A stretch of DNA of 63,038 nucleotides, counting the filler, from Octopus bimaculoides (lineage: Eukaryota), in NCBI RefSeq assembly GCF_001194135.2. It is 4 parts of 3 records of this genome, joined end to end, with 100 filler letters (N's around TTAATTAATTAA, not from the genome) between each part and the next. Parts side by side here need not be neighbours in the genome. Positions count along the whole stretch, not along the records: positions 1 to 22,908 come from NC_068989.1; 3 more parts are not named here. One strand, given 5' to 3'. The notes below the pieces were generated by a model that worked only from the letters and a program-made list of their open reading frames with translations, was not told the origin of the DNA and made no database searches. Positions 1 to 12,499 of this stretch are shown piece by piece. Numbering within the stretch: the stretch's first letter is position 1; every line of letters starts with the position of its first letter. The position numbers and the translations under genes were made by a program.

Positions 1-265
1 CCAGTGCCCCTGGACTGGCATGTGCGGGTGGCACATAAAAGACACCATTTCGAGCGTGGCCGTTTTCGTGCGGGTGACACGTAAAAGCACCCACTACACT
101 CTCTGAGTGGTTGGCGTTAGGAAGGGCATCCAGCTGTAGAAACTCTGCCAAATTAGATTGGAGCCTGGTGTTGCCATCCGGTTTCACCAGTCCTCAGTCA
201 AATCGTCCAACCCATGTTAGCATGGAAAGCGGACGTTAAACGACGATGATGATGATGATGATGAT
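1..265 (+). mobile_element. 3' UTR/tail of RTE-clade LINE (or derived SINE) ending in (GAT)n
   Basis: Ends CATGGAAAGCGGACGTTAAACGAC(GAT)n. The same tail recurs at 13013-13380 and 21333-21408. At 16.7-17.5 kb related sequence is attached to an RTE ORF2 C-terminus. Confidence 0.8.
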
Positions 266-282
266 GTGTGTGTGTGTGTTTA

Positions 283-486
283 TGTGTCTGTGTTTGTCCC
301 TCCCAACATCGCTTGACAACTGATGGCGTGTGTTTACGTCCCTGTAACTTAGCGGTTCGGCAAAAGATGCCGATAGAATAAGTACTAAGCTTACAAAGAA
401 TAAGTTCTGGGGTCGATTTACTCAATTAAAGGTGGTGCTCCAGCTTGGTCGCAATCAAATGACTGAAACAAGTAAGAGTAAAAGAG
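283..486 (+). mobile_element. SINE family B, 3' half
   Basis: GTTTGTCCC..CAACATCGCTTGACAAC..GACTGAAACAAGTAA matches the 3' half of the full copies at 19282-19700 and 46672-47120. Confidence 0.85.
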
Positions 487-488
487 TA

Positions 489-632
489 TAGATGTATTAA
501 AATACAGTGATAGAGTCTTTGACAATGATAAGAAAATGTTATGAGGGGCTTTGTGTTTAAACAGTTTACATAAAAGTGTCCAAAATAGGCAGTAAAATAA
601 GTTCATAATTATTTATAAGTTCATCAAAAATC
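489..632 (+). repeat. Left arm of ~140-bp inverted repeat (partner 1919-2062)
   Basis: TAGATGTATTAAAATACAGTGATAGAGTCTTT...GTTCATC is the near-exact reverse complement of 1919-2062. Confidence 0.85.
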
Positions 633-974
633 ATGATTGTATATAAGCATATATACAGAAAGAATTTGTAGACAGTATTTGATAGGAGAAAGTGTGTATT
701 GCTTAGTCAAAACTTCATGAGAAATCATATTCAAATATTTATACAAAATTTTAGGGGAATGATCAACCTTTTTACTTCATTTCCAGTTTTGTTTGTGTCT
801 GGCAAGGATGGTTGCTATTTTTAGAAATAGTGTGGCAGGTTGGTTGGTGGGGAAAGGCATTCACATGATCTAATTTGAAATAGTTTGTGGAATCAAAAGG
901 ATTTTTTTGTTTCTGGGCTAGTCTTTCATGGTTTGGTGGTTTTTGGACTGGTCTTAAAGTTCAAGATGGTGTGA

Positions 975-1700
975 GTGTGTGTTTGTGCACGGTTCTATGT
1001 GTGTGTGTGTGTGTGTGTATATATGCACTTGTGTATGTGTGTGAGGGTTTTTGACTGGTCTTAGAGTTCAGTGTGGTGTGTATGTGTATATAGGTCTGTG
1101 TATGTGTGTGTTTTATATTTAGCTAGGTGGTGTGTGTATATGTGTGCACGTTTGTGTGTATGTGTGATTTGTATGTCAGGGTGCTGTGTGTGTGTTCATG
1201 TGTGTATGTGTATGTCTGTGTGTGTATGTCTGTGTGTGTGTATGCTTGTGTGTATTGTGTTGGTCAGAGTAGTGTGTGTGTGCATGTGAGTATATGTGTG
1301 TGTCTCTCTGTGTGTATGTTTGTAGTGTTATAATTGTCTAGGTGGTGGTGGTGGTGGTGTGTGTGCATACGTATGTGTGTGGGGGGTGCATATGTATGTA
1401 TGTGTGTGAGTGTGTATGTGTGTGTGAGTGCTTTGTATTTGTCAGGGGCTGTGTGTATGTGTCTGTGTGTGTTACATTTATCAGGATGTTGTGTAATTGT
1501 GTGCATGTACGTACTTTGCGTATTTGTACTGAGTATGCATTTGTGTGTGTGTGTGTGTGTATGTGGGTGTGGTTTATGCAGTTTTCAGGTGTGTGTGCAT
1601 GTGTGTGTGTTATATTTGTTGTGGTAAAGTGTGTGTGTGTACATGTGCATGCATATGTGTATGTGTATGTTATTTTTCTGTGTGGTGTGTGCATATGTTT
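975..1700. repeat. Compound (TG)n-rich degenerate microsatellite
   Basis: About 700 bp of TG/TATG mosaics; this explains the CV/HT-rich ORFs. Confidence 0.9.
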
Positions 1701-1925
1701 GGGTGTATTTTTGGGAGTTGGTCTTGACTATATTCCAGTGTAAATTGGATACAGTTGGCACTGTTGATTAAATTTGACTTGGTTGAATGTGTGGGACCAT
1801 AGAATGATGCAGTGATCCAAGTAGCGTTTCCAATTCTCCAACAGGTATTTGTGGAAAGACAGGCCATATTTTAATTTGGATTGTTCATATATTTGTATTT
1901 CCAGGTAGGCCATCACCAGATTTTA
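1700..1925 (-). mobile_element. Penelope-like element reverse transcriptase fragment (decayed)
   Basis: Minus strand gives NLVMAYLEIQIYEQSK...ENWKRYLDHCIILW and, after a frameshift, IQFTLEYSQDQLP. These resemble the PLE RT motifs ANLxMxxLE / WxRYxDD / IxFTxE. Confidence 0.8.
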
Positions 1926-2062
1926 GATGAACTTATAAATAATTATGAACTTATTTTACTGCCTATTTTGAACACTTTTATGTAAACTGTTTAAACACAA
2001 AGCCACTCTTAACATTTTCTTATCATTGTGAAAGACTCTATCACTGTATTTTAATACATCTA
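1919..2062 (-). repeat. Right arm of ~140-bp inverted repeat (partner 489-632)
   Basis: Reverse complement of 489-632; directly abuts the PLE RT fragment. Confidence 0.85.
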
Positions 2063-2198
2063 TGTTAATTGATTCTTAACACCACAAAGGCTACACAAAG
2101 CCTTACATTTTACTTTTGAAATCTTTTTTAAAAAAATGTGAAACTGGTCAAGTCAATGATCATCTTTAAAAAACCTTTGCATTTTCAAATCCTCTTCC

Positions 2199-2232
<34 letters not shown>

Positions 2233-2235
2233 GTA

Positions 2236-2389
2236 TACATTATTTACATTGGGCAGATACATGTCCTCATCTTGTTTGTTGTTACCACAACGTTTTGGCT
2301 AATTTACTCTCTAGCCTTCATCGAGTGTCCTGGTAAAATTTTGACCCCAACACTGGGTACTCATTCCTAAGGTATTTTTTTGCTGATAT
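2236..2389 (-). mobile_element. Penelope-type tail with degenerate hammerhead (left arm of SINE palindrome)
   Basis: Reverse complement of the tail at 54290-54423. The core reads TCGATGA...AAAACGTT instead of CTGATGA...GAAACGTT. Confidence 0.75.
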
Positions 2390-2411
2390 TATTATTATTA
2401 TTATTATTATT

Positions 2412-2900
2412 GTTCAGTAGTTTTATTTTTATAACGTGCTTTCACTTCACTACCGAGTGCAGCTCTGTGCGCCTTGGGTATGTGCTGTGGTTTGCTGTGG
2501 TGCTCTTATGGTTACTGTATTGAAAGTGTTTTGCGTAGGATGTGTGCTGTGCCCAGTAGTGCAATTTTCTGTATGTTTTTTATATTTGTAAGTCCTGGTG
2601 TTTTTGTTATGTATTTGTCTGAATATTTTTTTATTATACCTAAGGCACCTACTATAATAGGAATTGTTTCTGTTTTTAGATTCCACATTCGAGTTACCTC
2701 TATTTCCAGGNNNNNNNNNNNNNNNNNNNNNNNNNNNNNNNNNNNNNNNNNNNNNNNNNNNNNNNNNNNNNNNNNNTTTCTGGCGTGTGTTTATACCATC
2801 TTTTTTCTGTTGTTATTCCATAGTGTTGGCATAGCTTCCAGTGTATATAGGTCCCAGTGCTTTTGTGTCTGTGAATATATTCCTTTGTCCCAGTTCTGTT
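2412..2900 (-). mobile_element. R4/Dong-like RLE non-LTR retrotransposon 3' fragment
   Basis: Minus strand encodes EYIHRHKSTGTYIHWKLCQHYGITTEKRWYKHTPE and, after the gap, LEIEVTRMWNLKTETIPIIVGALGIIKK...IQKIALLGTAHILRKTLSIQ*. Flanked by (TAT)n on both sides. Confidence 0.85.
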
Positions 2901-2942
2901 GTGTTTGTGAATATATTCTTATTGTTATTATCATTATTATTA

Positions 2943-3004
<62 letters not shown>

Positions 3005-3112
3005 TACTGAAGGCACTGCCTAGAATTGAACTTGCAATCTTGGGGTTAGTAGAGTGCGGGCTACTAACCCCAAGATTGTGAATTCAATTCTGGGCAGTGC
3101 CTTGAATAAATA

Positions 3113-3144
<32 letters not shown>

Positions 3145-3250
3145 ATCAGCAAAAATTACCTCAGGAATGAGAACCCAGGGTGGGTTCAAAATTCTACCAG
3201 GACACAATGAAGATGAGGACACATATCCGTCCAATGTAAATAATGTAATA
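3005..3250 (+). mobile_element. tRNA-like head (fold-back duplicated) + (GAT)n + Penelope-type tail with hammerhead deleted
   Basis: 3010-3052 and 3061-3103 are inverted copies of the head seen at 54152-54220. The tail matches 54290-54423 but lacks the ribozyme segment. Confidence 0.75.
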
Positions 3251-4029
3251 TATATATATAATGTAATATATATGTATGTATGTACGTATATATGTCTAAT
3301 GTCTTTGCTGTACTGTTTCCTTGCCTCACATCTGATCATGGGGAAATATTACCTTCCTTGGAATAGATGAAGAGTAGCAACAGGGAATGCATCTAGCCAT
3401 GCAAAATGGATGTTCAAAGATATACATATATAGTTATAAAAAATTCAGATAAAAACTTTGTAGTATGCTATGCAAAACTTGTCCACATTTATTGGCTACC
3501 AGATGTCATCATACAGTAGGAATGTTCTTGCAACTGGATATGCATCAGGAATTTCATAGCATGCACAGAGTTTATGTAAATAGATAAATAATGAAAAACG
3601 GATTGAAGAACATTCTTTATTTAAAAATCACTACAATTGTTTTGACACATTTTAAAGATGGTCAGATGATATAAATAATATATTATGTAAATCCCTGTGT
3701 AAGGGATATAAATAATATATAATGTAAATCCAATGTGTAAGACGTGCTTCTTCAGGTAATTGTTTGGAATCAATCCTTTGTTAGACCATACTCTCATTTC
3801 ACTCAGTATGAGAATGAATACCTAAAGCAGTGTGCTATTTTCAGCAAAGTATATATATTACATAAACAATATTTTCAACCGAGATGTTACAACAGTATCT
3901 GACTGTTTAAGTGCATCAATTCAGATATCTACTCAACTGATGACAATTATCATAATTTCGATGCAGAATTTGCTATCATTAGTAAAACTGCTGGCATTTT
4001 TTACAACACGGGTATTCTAGCATGTGTTT

Positions 4030-4245
4030 GTGAGTGTGCCTTTATGTTTGTGTTTGTCCCCCGCTGCTTGACAACCAGTGTTTGTTTGTTTACGTCCCCA
4101 TAACTCAGCAGTTCAATGAAAGTGACTGATAGTATAAGTAACAAGCTTTTGATAAAGTAAGTTCTGGGATTGGTTCATCTGATGAAGACCCTTCAAGGCA
4201 GTGCTCCAGCATAACTGCAGTGACTGAAACAAGTAAAAAATAAGA
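4030..4245 (+). mobile_element. SINE family B, 3' half, CpG-decayed
   Basis: GCTTGACAACCAGTG..GCTCCAGCAT..GACTGAAACAAGTAAAA. Confidence 0.75.
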
Positions 4246-5559
4246 TATACACGCATACATATTATTAGAGTGTTACCCGTATTATGATGAGTAACTCTGG
4301 AAGTATACTTTTGTCACCATGGGTAGTCAGGGAAGGATTTATAGTGGGGTAAAGTAGTAATTGCCACGGGCCCTCAGCAAATATTGCCCCTGCTATGAAG
4401 GGTATGTAGCACTCAATACATGGGGCCCCACCTCTTAGCAATCTGGCATAAAGAGTCTCTCTTTTAATATACAAAGGTGTCTTGACTTCTTAAAAAGCAC
4501 AACAGATTCACTGTTATGATAAATAACCATAGATTTTGCCACCTCAGAGACACCAATAAATTCAATTAAAAAAACAGTTTACTACCCAGTGCCAAAGCAG
4601 CTACAGTTCCCAAGGGAATTAACTGTAGTTGCTTTGGGGACAACAACAAAGAAAAGGGAAACAACAGAACACTCCTAAAAATGCATGCTCGTATGTATCT
4701 GTGAGTGAGTTGTATCTGTGAGTGAGTTTACTTTTATCAAATTTCCTGGTGCTTATATAAAATGATGAAAGAATACTAATTTTCAAAAGAAAAATATTTA
4801 TTACCTTAAATAAAATGAGATAAAACAATTTTACCATTTGTATATTAGCAATAAATATATGCAATATTTTCCTAAGTTTTATCAATATAGTCGCAATATC
4901 GATATAGTCGCAATATAGTCGCAGATGGAGTAAAAGATCATAGAATGTCTTTCTTAGAAATGAAAGTTGTATGAGAACTGCACATTATTTATGTTCTGGT
5001 TTTGTAGATTGAAGGAAACTGTAAGAGATGCTGGGTGTACTTGAGCCATTCAAACCTATTCTATGTGCATCATGACAATGAGGTCTTATAGAGAAAAGTA
5101 GCTAGCTGATAGCAAGGTACAGAAACATGGTTTGTGTTCCTTCTGTGTGAAAATCCCAGGAAAATGTGGCATACATATAATTAGATGTATGATGTATGTA
5201 TGCACATTATTGACGTTAACAAGAAAAGTGCAGCAATGTTAAGTAGTCTTGAAAAACACTGCAAACATTTATGCAAAAACATGAAATGTAAATCATTGCA
5301 AGAGAACAGTGAGTAGTATAAATGCATAGATGGTGTATAATCGCCCAGAAATATGGAACACCATGTAATATGCATGCATGTGTGGAATTGACTGCAATTG
5401 AAGTCTGCAGAAAAATTTGTTAACTTTGGACATGTCTGCTGCAAGAATATAAGCATGTTTGTGAATGAATGACAAGCAGGACATTTTTTCCAGTCTTTAA
5501 ATAAAAGGGGAATGAAAAATAAACATAAAAATATGCTCAGTCAAAGTTCTTGAGGGTCT

Positions 5560-5990
5560 CTTTTGATAAGTCATGTATAAAACAGTTTGGTAACAATTCA
5601 TTGCTGTGTTACTGGCTTCTGCTGGGCCACAAAATACAACTGTCTGGTCCATGTTAGCTACTATTTCTGCTGAAGAAAATTTTTACTGCCCCTGATATGC
5701 TGCATACCTACAAAAAAAACTGAGAAATACTATCAAGGTGTTTGCTGAGTTTTGCTGTCTAGTATTTATCCATGTTGGAATATACTGCATTGGTTATTGG
5801 AGCATGGCATACATGAAGGATCTTCCTTCCTAAAATGGCATAGGTGCACTATTGACAAAAGAATGCATTCAATGAACAATTTGTTGAAGTGCTTCGACCA
5901 TGAGAGTTCAGCATGCAAAATAATAAAGTGCAGTTGCATGTGTCTACCAGTGGTGAATTCTCTCTTCAGTTGTATAAAAATTCACCAGTT
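5560..5990 (-). mobile_element. Possible highly decayed pogo/Tigger-like transposase remnant
   Basis: Minus strand has AEIVANMDQTVVF (cf. pogo-family IGNMDETP) inside a stop-interrupted frame; only this one motif is suggestive. Confidence 0.25.
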
Positions 5991-6499
5991 CAAAGGAAAA
6001 AGAAGAGATGAGAGTAAGAGGACACACTTTTATATCAGAAATGTTTGAGAAGAAAATGTCCACAATACCATGAGAAATTGCCATTTTTGAAATGTAAATT
6101 AGTTGAAACCATGCCAATGAAAGGATGTGGGTAGATTAAATATTGGTTGTTATAGCAAACTTGGAGAAGTTTGAGATCAATTTCACTCCAGAATTACATT
6201 CGAGAGAAGAAAAGAGTATCCTAAGTGTTGATGGGTAGATTTGATGCTATTTTGAGCAAGACAATAGATGTACCTTAGCTAACAGTGTTCTCAACATCAT
6301 CGCTTGCAGAGAAAGGGGTTGCGATAGTAAGAATTGTATGTGTTGCAGCTTTTGCCCATTTTGATCTTTTCTTTTCATCATGGTGGTAGATGTGACTAGA
6401 ACTGAGGATCACCAATGTCATGGGAGCTGTGTCATTTTTGGCTGGTAACCTCAATATTTAACAGATTTTATTATTGCCCATAGAGTTTAACTGTGTTGG

Positions 6500-6905
6500 T
6501 CTTTTACTAATAATAACAACAATAATTACATACTAGGAGCTTACAGCAAACTTACTAATACAGCAATCTGTGGCTGGACCATAACTTGAAACAATTGTGC
6601 TATATTCATGGTGACAGAGATCCCTGTTGACTATCTACCATCTATCTTAACCATCTGGCTGTTGCGAGAATGGAGACACAAGCTGCCTTGACATTCCGCA
6701 ATTTATCTTAACCATCTTTCTGGGTCATCTGACTAGAGTGGAGGTGCATATCACTCAGTTACCTTCCAATGCTCTGCAATTATTTACCAACAAGAGTATC
6801 CTTTTACAGGAAGCAAGGAGAAGATTCTAGAAAATCGAATCAAGCAATGACTTGATGCTGATTGGTTGCTTAATAGACAGATCATGTGAAACTACTCTTG
6901 TTTGC
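6500..6905 (+). repeat. Old unclassified repeat, copy 1 (inverted partner 8990-9360)
   Basis: Shared blocks in the same order, e.g. CAATAATTACATACT, GAAACAATTGTGCTAT, AGAGTGGAGG, CTGATTGGTTGCTTAATAGAC, ATCATGTGAAACT. Confidence 0.7.
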
Positions 6906-8215
6906 TTGTATTGTTTTACTGTCTACTTAGTGGTTCAGTTTCAAATCACCACTAAACATTAGTGTTTCAACTATGTATATTTAATAATGCTAAAGTATAG
7001 TTGTAAAAAATATGTATAACATGAATAGTATTGTTTTGATCCAGTTTAGTAATAATCCCACAAGGTTCTTTTATTCATGGTGTAACATGAAATCCTGCAA
7101 ATCTCAAAAAGAGCATTTGAGGTACCATGCATGAGGTACAATACTATAGTAGGAATTATCTTTATTTCTTTTTGCGTACCATCAGAAGAATATACCTCTA
7201 CCAAGCAGTTTGTAAATTGAATGACAGAATTCATACATATAAAAATAACACTCTTTAATCAGGGCACTGGGCCCTATAGTATTTATTTATTGATAGCAAG
7301 TTATAGCATTCAAAGATCAGAAATGGACCTCTAGGCAACTGCCTCTAGGCAACTGCCTCTAGGCAACTGCCCAATGTGCCCATGCCATAAAACAGCGCTA
7401 TTTTTGATTACTATAGACAACAAAGTTTAGTTAAATGTGTTGTAAAAGTAGTTTTATGCATAAGTTCTTGAAATAAATTACCTTTTAGAAGGGAAAACTA
7501 TTTTATACTTGATGATAGGCTCAAAGTTTCTAGTAACCAACTGAATCATCAGCTGGCAATACTTGACAAAATACAGATCTTTGGATTTTTCTGCTTGATG
7601 GAAGGCCGATGACCTTTGTCTTCACCTGCACTAACTAATGAAATTAATATAGGCAATGCCCAACTAGATTATTTGCAGAAAGAAAATAAATCCAGATAGT
7701 AGAACCAAAACTCTATTATGAATGCTTGCAACATGCATGAGAGATGTTACTAACTCGGAGCAGCTGATTTTAACATCAGGCTCACTTCACCCCCAACTCA
7801 AAGATATTAGTACAAACAAAACTGTTCCAGCTACTACCATTTTTTTTTCTTTGTCTTTATTATAGACATTGTGTGTACAGGAGCACATTGTTCAATATTT
7901 ATTTTCTTTATTAAGACAGTAGGACAGCAATACTCCTACATATTCATTACCAGCTCAAACCTATCCCAGCAAAAGTGAAATATTTTATGCTCTCTCCTTG
8001 TTAATAAGAAAATTTTGCATCCACATGATTCTTTCATTGTAATGATTTTGGATATATTTAAAGTGTTTAAAATTATATTAAATTTATTACACGTAGCAAT
8101 TTTTCATCTTCACAACTCTACTTCCTTCTATAAGAAATATGGCAATAGCATATGATTTGATGGAAATTTTGATGCAGTTTCTAACAGGTTGAGCAACTGC
8201 ATAGAGGTCTCTCAC

Positions 8216-8249
8216 CAGCATGACAATACCCCTGATAGTTTTTAGGAGA
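8216..8249 (-). CDS. Candidate 34-nt internal exon of an unidentified gene
   Basis: Pyrimidine-rich acceptor (..CTCTCTCAATCAG) and CTG|GTGAGA donor; open as LLKTIRGIVML or SPKNYQGYCHA. No homology recognised. Confidence 0.25.
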
Positions 8250-8989
8250 CTGATTGAGAGAGTGTGTGAAGAAAGATATATTGATCAAGATATACGAAAA
8301 GGAAGAGAATAAAGAGGGATTGAGAGAATGATAAATAGAAAGAGTAGATAAAACAGATGGAGATAGATTAAAGTGAAGCAGCTGGATAGTAAAATAGAGA
8401 GGCAAAACTGTTTTAACTGTGTAATTGTTCATGATGCCAGCACTTTAATTGACCTTTCTTTGAAGGGAAGTCACTCCACACCCTGAAATACCACTAAATA
8501 TTTCCTCTTGACCTACATGCAGGCAAACGCACATATATAATAAAACACACATACCCTACGTATTCTCATCACTCTTTTTCACCCACACCCATTCAAATAA
8601 ATGTTATACACCTATATATATTTGATGCATATATATGTATGCATGCCCATATATCATGTGTGCTTAATTAGAAGTTATTCAGGGGAACAAAAATTGTTCT
8701 CTAAGTGATAAATCTTTGTATTTAGATGTAACTTCAGTCAAATGCTGACTATTTGGAAAGTTTTGCATCATTGAAAATTAGTAGTTTCTTTTCTTTAGTT
8801 CAGGACTGCAGCTTTTCAATGTTAGTGTGCAAAGAAAATTCTTAGTGGTGGTCTGTGTTGACTGAAAAAGAACACAGTTGATATAATTTGTATAATGTTG
8901 GTATGTCGTAGAGTTGCTACTGTATCTGTAGCAGTGATTCAAAACTTAACTGCTGGGTAACTGACCAGACATCACAACTGAACCACAAC

Positions 8990-9360
8990 AGTTTCACATG
9001 ATTGGTCTATTAAGCAACCAATCAGTGTGAAACCATTGTGTGATTCAATCTTCATGTCCCCTTTTAAAGGTTACTTTTGGTGGTAATTAACCACAGAACA
9101 TGTAGAGCAGCCAACTCATTCACACATCTCACCTCTTGCCTGGCAGAGTGTTGAAAGGTGGCTAAACAATATGTGCCTCCACTCTTGCCAGAGATGTCAC
9201 AGATAGATGACCAGAAATCTCTATCACCACACAGATAGCACAACTGTTTCCAGATATGTTGGGCAATCTACATGTTGCTGTACCAAGAACTCGCTGTAAA
9301 CTCAGAGCAGTATCTCTCTCCCAGTATGTAATTATTGCTGTTGTTAACAATAAAAGACTA
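8990..9360 (-). repeat. Old unclassified repeat, copy 2 (inverted partner 6500-6905)
   Basis: Reverse-complement similarity to 6500-6905. Confidence 0.7.
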
Positions 9361-10691
9361 ACTCAGTTTGTCTTTATGTGAGATAATAAATGCATGTACA
9401 CACACACACACACACACACACAGGGATTGCTCCATCTTCACAGATGATTGCCGTGTCCTAGTGCTTCACTGTCAATGACATTTCTGACTTTCTGAACACT
9501 CACATAACTGCAGATTTGCATGGTTAGAAACATAAATGCCAGACAAAAGTTGTTACTTCCACTGGATTGATCTGGTCATTTTGTTGTATAAGATGTTCCC
9601 CGATCATTGTTTCAAACTTTTTGACGTGAAGTTGAACTTTCTCACTGTTTAGGTTTGCACACTGCCACTCTTCCATTGGCATTGTGCTTTCAGTAGATGG
9701 AATGATAAATGAGGTCACCATAAAAAGACATCTGTACATCATTGGATTATAGTGATAAATGTTTGTACAATACGAGTACAATCTCTTAGTCTCTATAATT
9801 AGTACCTAGTAACAAGCCACAGGTTTTACATCAGAATGTTCTTCTCCTAGATGGATGTTGTGACACAAGCTAGGAGTCCATTACTACCGGTGGTTTTACA
9901 ACTATTAGATGGCCATACACACCACAAAGTTCACTCTTTGTGCTACTGGTAACATGTAGCCCAGTACAAACTGTAGCATGGTTGGGCCATTGATAACTAA
10001 ACCGGCAGGTGGTTTTTGTTGGATATTCTGCATGATGAAAAATGAAACCAAAGCGTGGATTACATACATACAAGCATGCATACATATTAATCAATGAACA
10101 CAAAACAAGACATCACAAGAGGTACAAGTTCTAACAAATTAGTATAATGCTTAAAAACAAAAGGAAAGAGTCTTGACATTTCAGGCATTAGTCTTTCATC
10201 AGAAAAAAATACAAGAATGAGAAAAAGTGGTTAGAGAAAAGGAGTTAGAGGCCAGATAGGAATGTAGTTCAATAGGAGAGTCAGGAAGAGAGGAGAAGGT
10301 GAGGTGGTGTTTACATGTGTAAGAAGGTATCCATGTATAGAGAGAGACAGGCATAGGATGAAGTGTATGTGTGTTGTTACTTAAGGTGGGGGTATGCAAG
10401 TATGGAAGTGTATGGGGGTATAGGAGGATGATGTGTAGGTATAATAGTACTATATGTGAGAGGAAGGTGTCAAGGGGAGGAGTATATAGAAGGCATTAGT
10501 GTGAGATGAAACAGAAGGTAAGAAGAATGTGGTATTTAAGAAAACCACTGATGAAAAAACATACATTACATATAACCATAAATACAAACATAATCAGTAC
10601 TACAAATAGAGTAAAATTTCAGTTTTTATTAGAAGTTGAAGACTTAACAAATAGTTAAGAGGGTATTTTAGATCACTGGAAGTATTGTGTA

Positions 10692-11437
10692 TTGTTTGTG
10701 AAATGTAATGTGTCTGAAATGGCACAACAATGCAGAGTGGACTAAAATTAACTGTTATGAATAATTTAATTATTCATAGTCTAATATAATATTTCAGAAT
10801 ATAAAAATTCCTTCTTCAGATATTGCTAAGAAGTAATGGAGTCACTGCTATAGATGGTTTTCCAACAGTTACTGAAATCTGTCAGAAGTGTCCCTGCAAT
10901 GATCTCACAAAGCTCCTTTCGGAATTCCTCATGAGAAGTGCATGAGGGCGGTCATGTCTCAAGCTCGTGTGTGTTGGCATATCCGCAGTGTTGCTTCCAA
11001 GTTATGCATTTTTTTTTATATAATGTCTTGTTATATGAGCATGTAACATCGACACCCTGCATGCACGATGGTAACATGCTCATGTAACAAAACATTATAT
11101 AAAAAAAAATGCACATATAATACATAACTTGGAAGTAGTACTGCGGATATGCCAACACACACAGGCTCGACACATGACTGCCCTCTTGCACTTCTCATGA
11201 GGAATTCCATAAGGAGCATTGTAAGACCACTGTAGGGATGCTTCTAACAGATTTCAGCAACCGTTGGAAAACCATCTATAACAGCGACCCCATAACTTCC
11301 TAGCAATATCTGAAGAAGGAATTTTTATATTCCGAAATATTATATTAGACTATCACTAATTAAATTATTTATAACAGTTATTATAGTCCACTCTGCATTG
11401 ATGTGCCATTCCAGACACATTACGTTTCATTAACAAA
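10692..11437. mobile_element. ~750-bp imperfect palindrome (foldback/MITE-like)
   Basis: Arms ~10692-11047 and ~11072-11437 are reverse complements along their length (e.g. ATATAAAAATTCCTTCTTCAGATATTGCTA / TAGCAATATCTGAAGAAGGAATTTTTATAT). Confidence 0.9.
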
Positions 11438-11539
11438 TAGTTATTTCTAGTTTCACGGTTCTAGTCTTCTGACCCAAATGAGGCAGTTAGAATATTATTG
11501 GGTTTTTAATGGTGACTATTTTTTTCTAATATAGATACA

Positions 11540-11960
11540 AGGCCTGAGATTTGGGGAAGAGGATTGGCCAGTTACATCGAGCCTAGCTATTGATTGGTAC
11601 TCTATTTAAACAACCTTGCAAGGGTTAAAACAAAGTTAACCTCAATGGAGCTTGAACACAGAATGTAATAAGTCGGAATACTGCAAAGCATTTCTTTTAC
11701 AACCTTCTAACAATTCTGCTAGCTTGCCACTTTTCAAAGTTTGATATTAGACCAGCAATTTTTTATTTATAGTGGGTATGAGGAGTCCATTACATCCACT
11801 CCAGTACTCAATTGGTACTTATTTTATTGCCTCCAAAAGGATGAAAGCAAAGTCATCCTTGGTAAGATTTGAACTTAGACTGTAAAGTGCTAGAAGAAAT
11901 GCTAGTGAGCATTTTGTTCAAAGGACTAAAGATTCTGCCAGCTTGCCACCTTTAAAGGCA
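11540..11960 (-). mobile_element. Two adjacent decayed SINE family D copies
   Basis: GGTACTTATTTTATTG..AAAGGATGAAAGCAAAGTC..TTTGAACT..GCCAGCTTGCCACC, the reverse complement of the family D consensus. Confidence 0.65.
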
Positions 11961-12499
11961 ACTCTCAACCTTAGTCAAAACAAGCATCAAACACCAATTG
12001 AATGAAACAAGCAAACGAGGCTATCTCGTTTGTTAGTTTTTTTCATTAGCTAGTGTTTCATTTTCCTACAAACATTCAATACATATTTTTTAATCTACTG
12101 ACCGCATGCATTTTAGTCGATTAAAGTTTGTCTACTTGCTGTATACTGAGATCGATTTAATTGACTGTAAATTTAAATAACAAATACAACACATAAAAAG
12201 TGACTATAACAATACAATATTCACACAATACATTAATGATTTGTGACGACTATCAGATGAAGTTTTGTTGTAATATTGACACAATAAGAATCAAAAGCAA
12301 AGTCATCTGCAGCTGGATTTGGACTCAAAATATATGGCAGTTCTTATTTGATGCTCCGCCAGTTCTAACAACAACTACAACAATATTAGAGACCTCTATA
12401 TGATTGTTTGACCAGCTAGAAAGTGTGGTCAAATTCTGAAACCAGACCCTATCATCTTAAAATATGAAAGCACATTGGATAATATAGTCTCAAATATTA

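Noticed and set aside
1071-1743. CV/HT/YI-rich ORFs here and elsewhere
   Set aside because: Dinucleotide microsatellite translations.
3600-3760. Decayed hammerhead-like motifs on the minus strand
   Set aside because: The core halves cannot be assembled into a fold.
4165-4200. CTGATGA hammerhead core
   Set aside because: No GAAA or helices; it is a mutated part of SINE B.
4329-7400. Single hAT element with GC-rich ends and a GFxDWxK-like remnant near 5000-5060
   Set aside because: Ends are not convincingly complementary, there is no 8-bp duplication, and the motif is broken by stops.
9524-9781. 85-aa ORF as an exon
   Set aside because: No convincing splice pair or homology.
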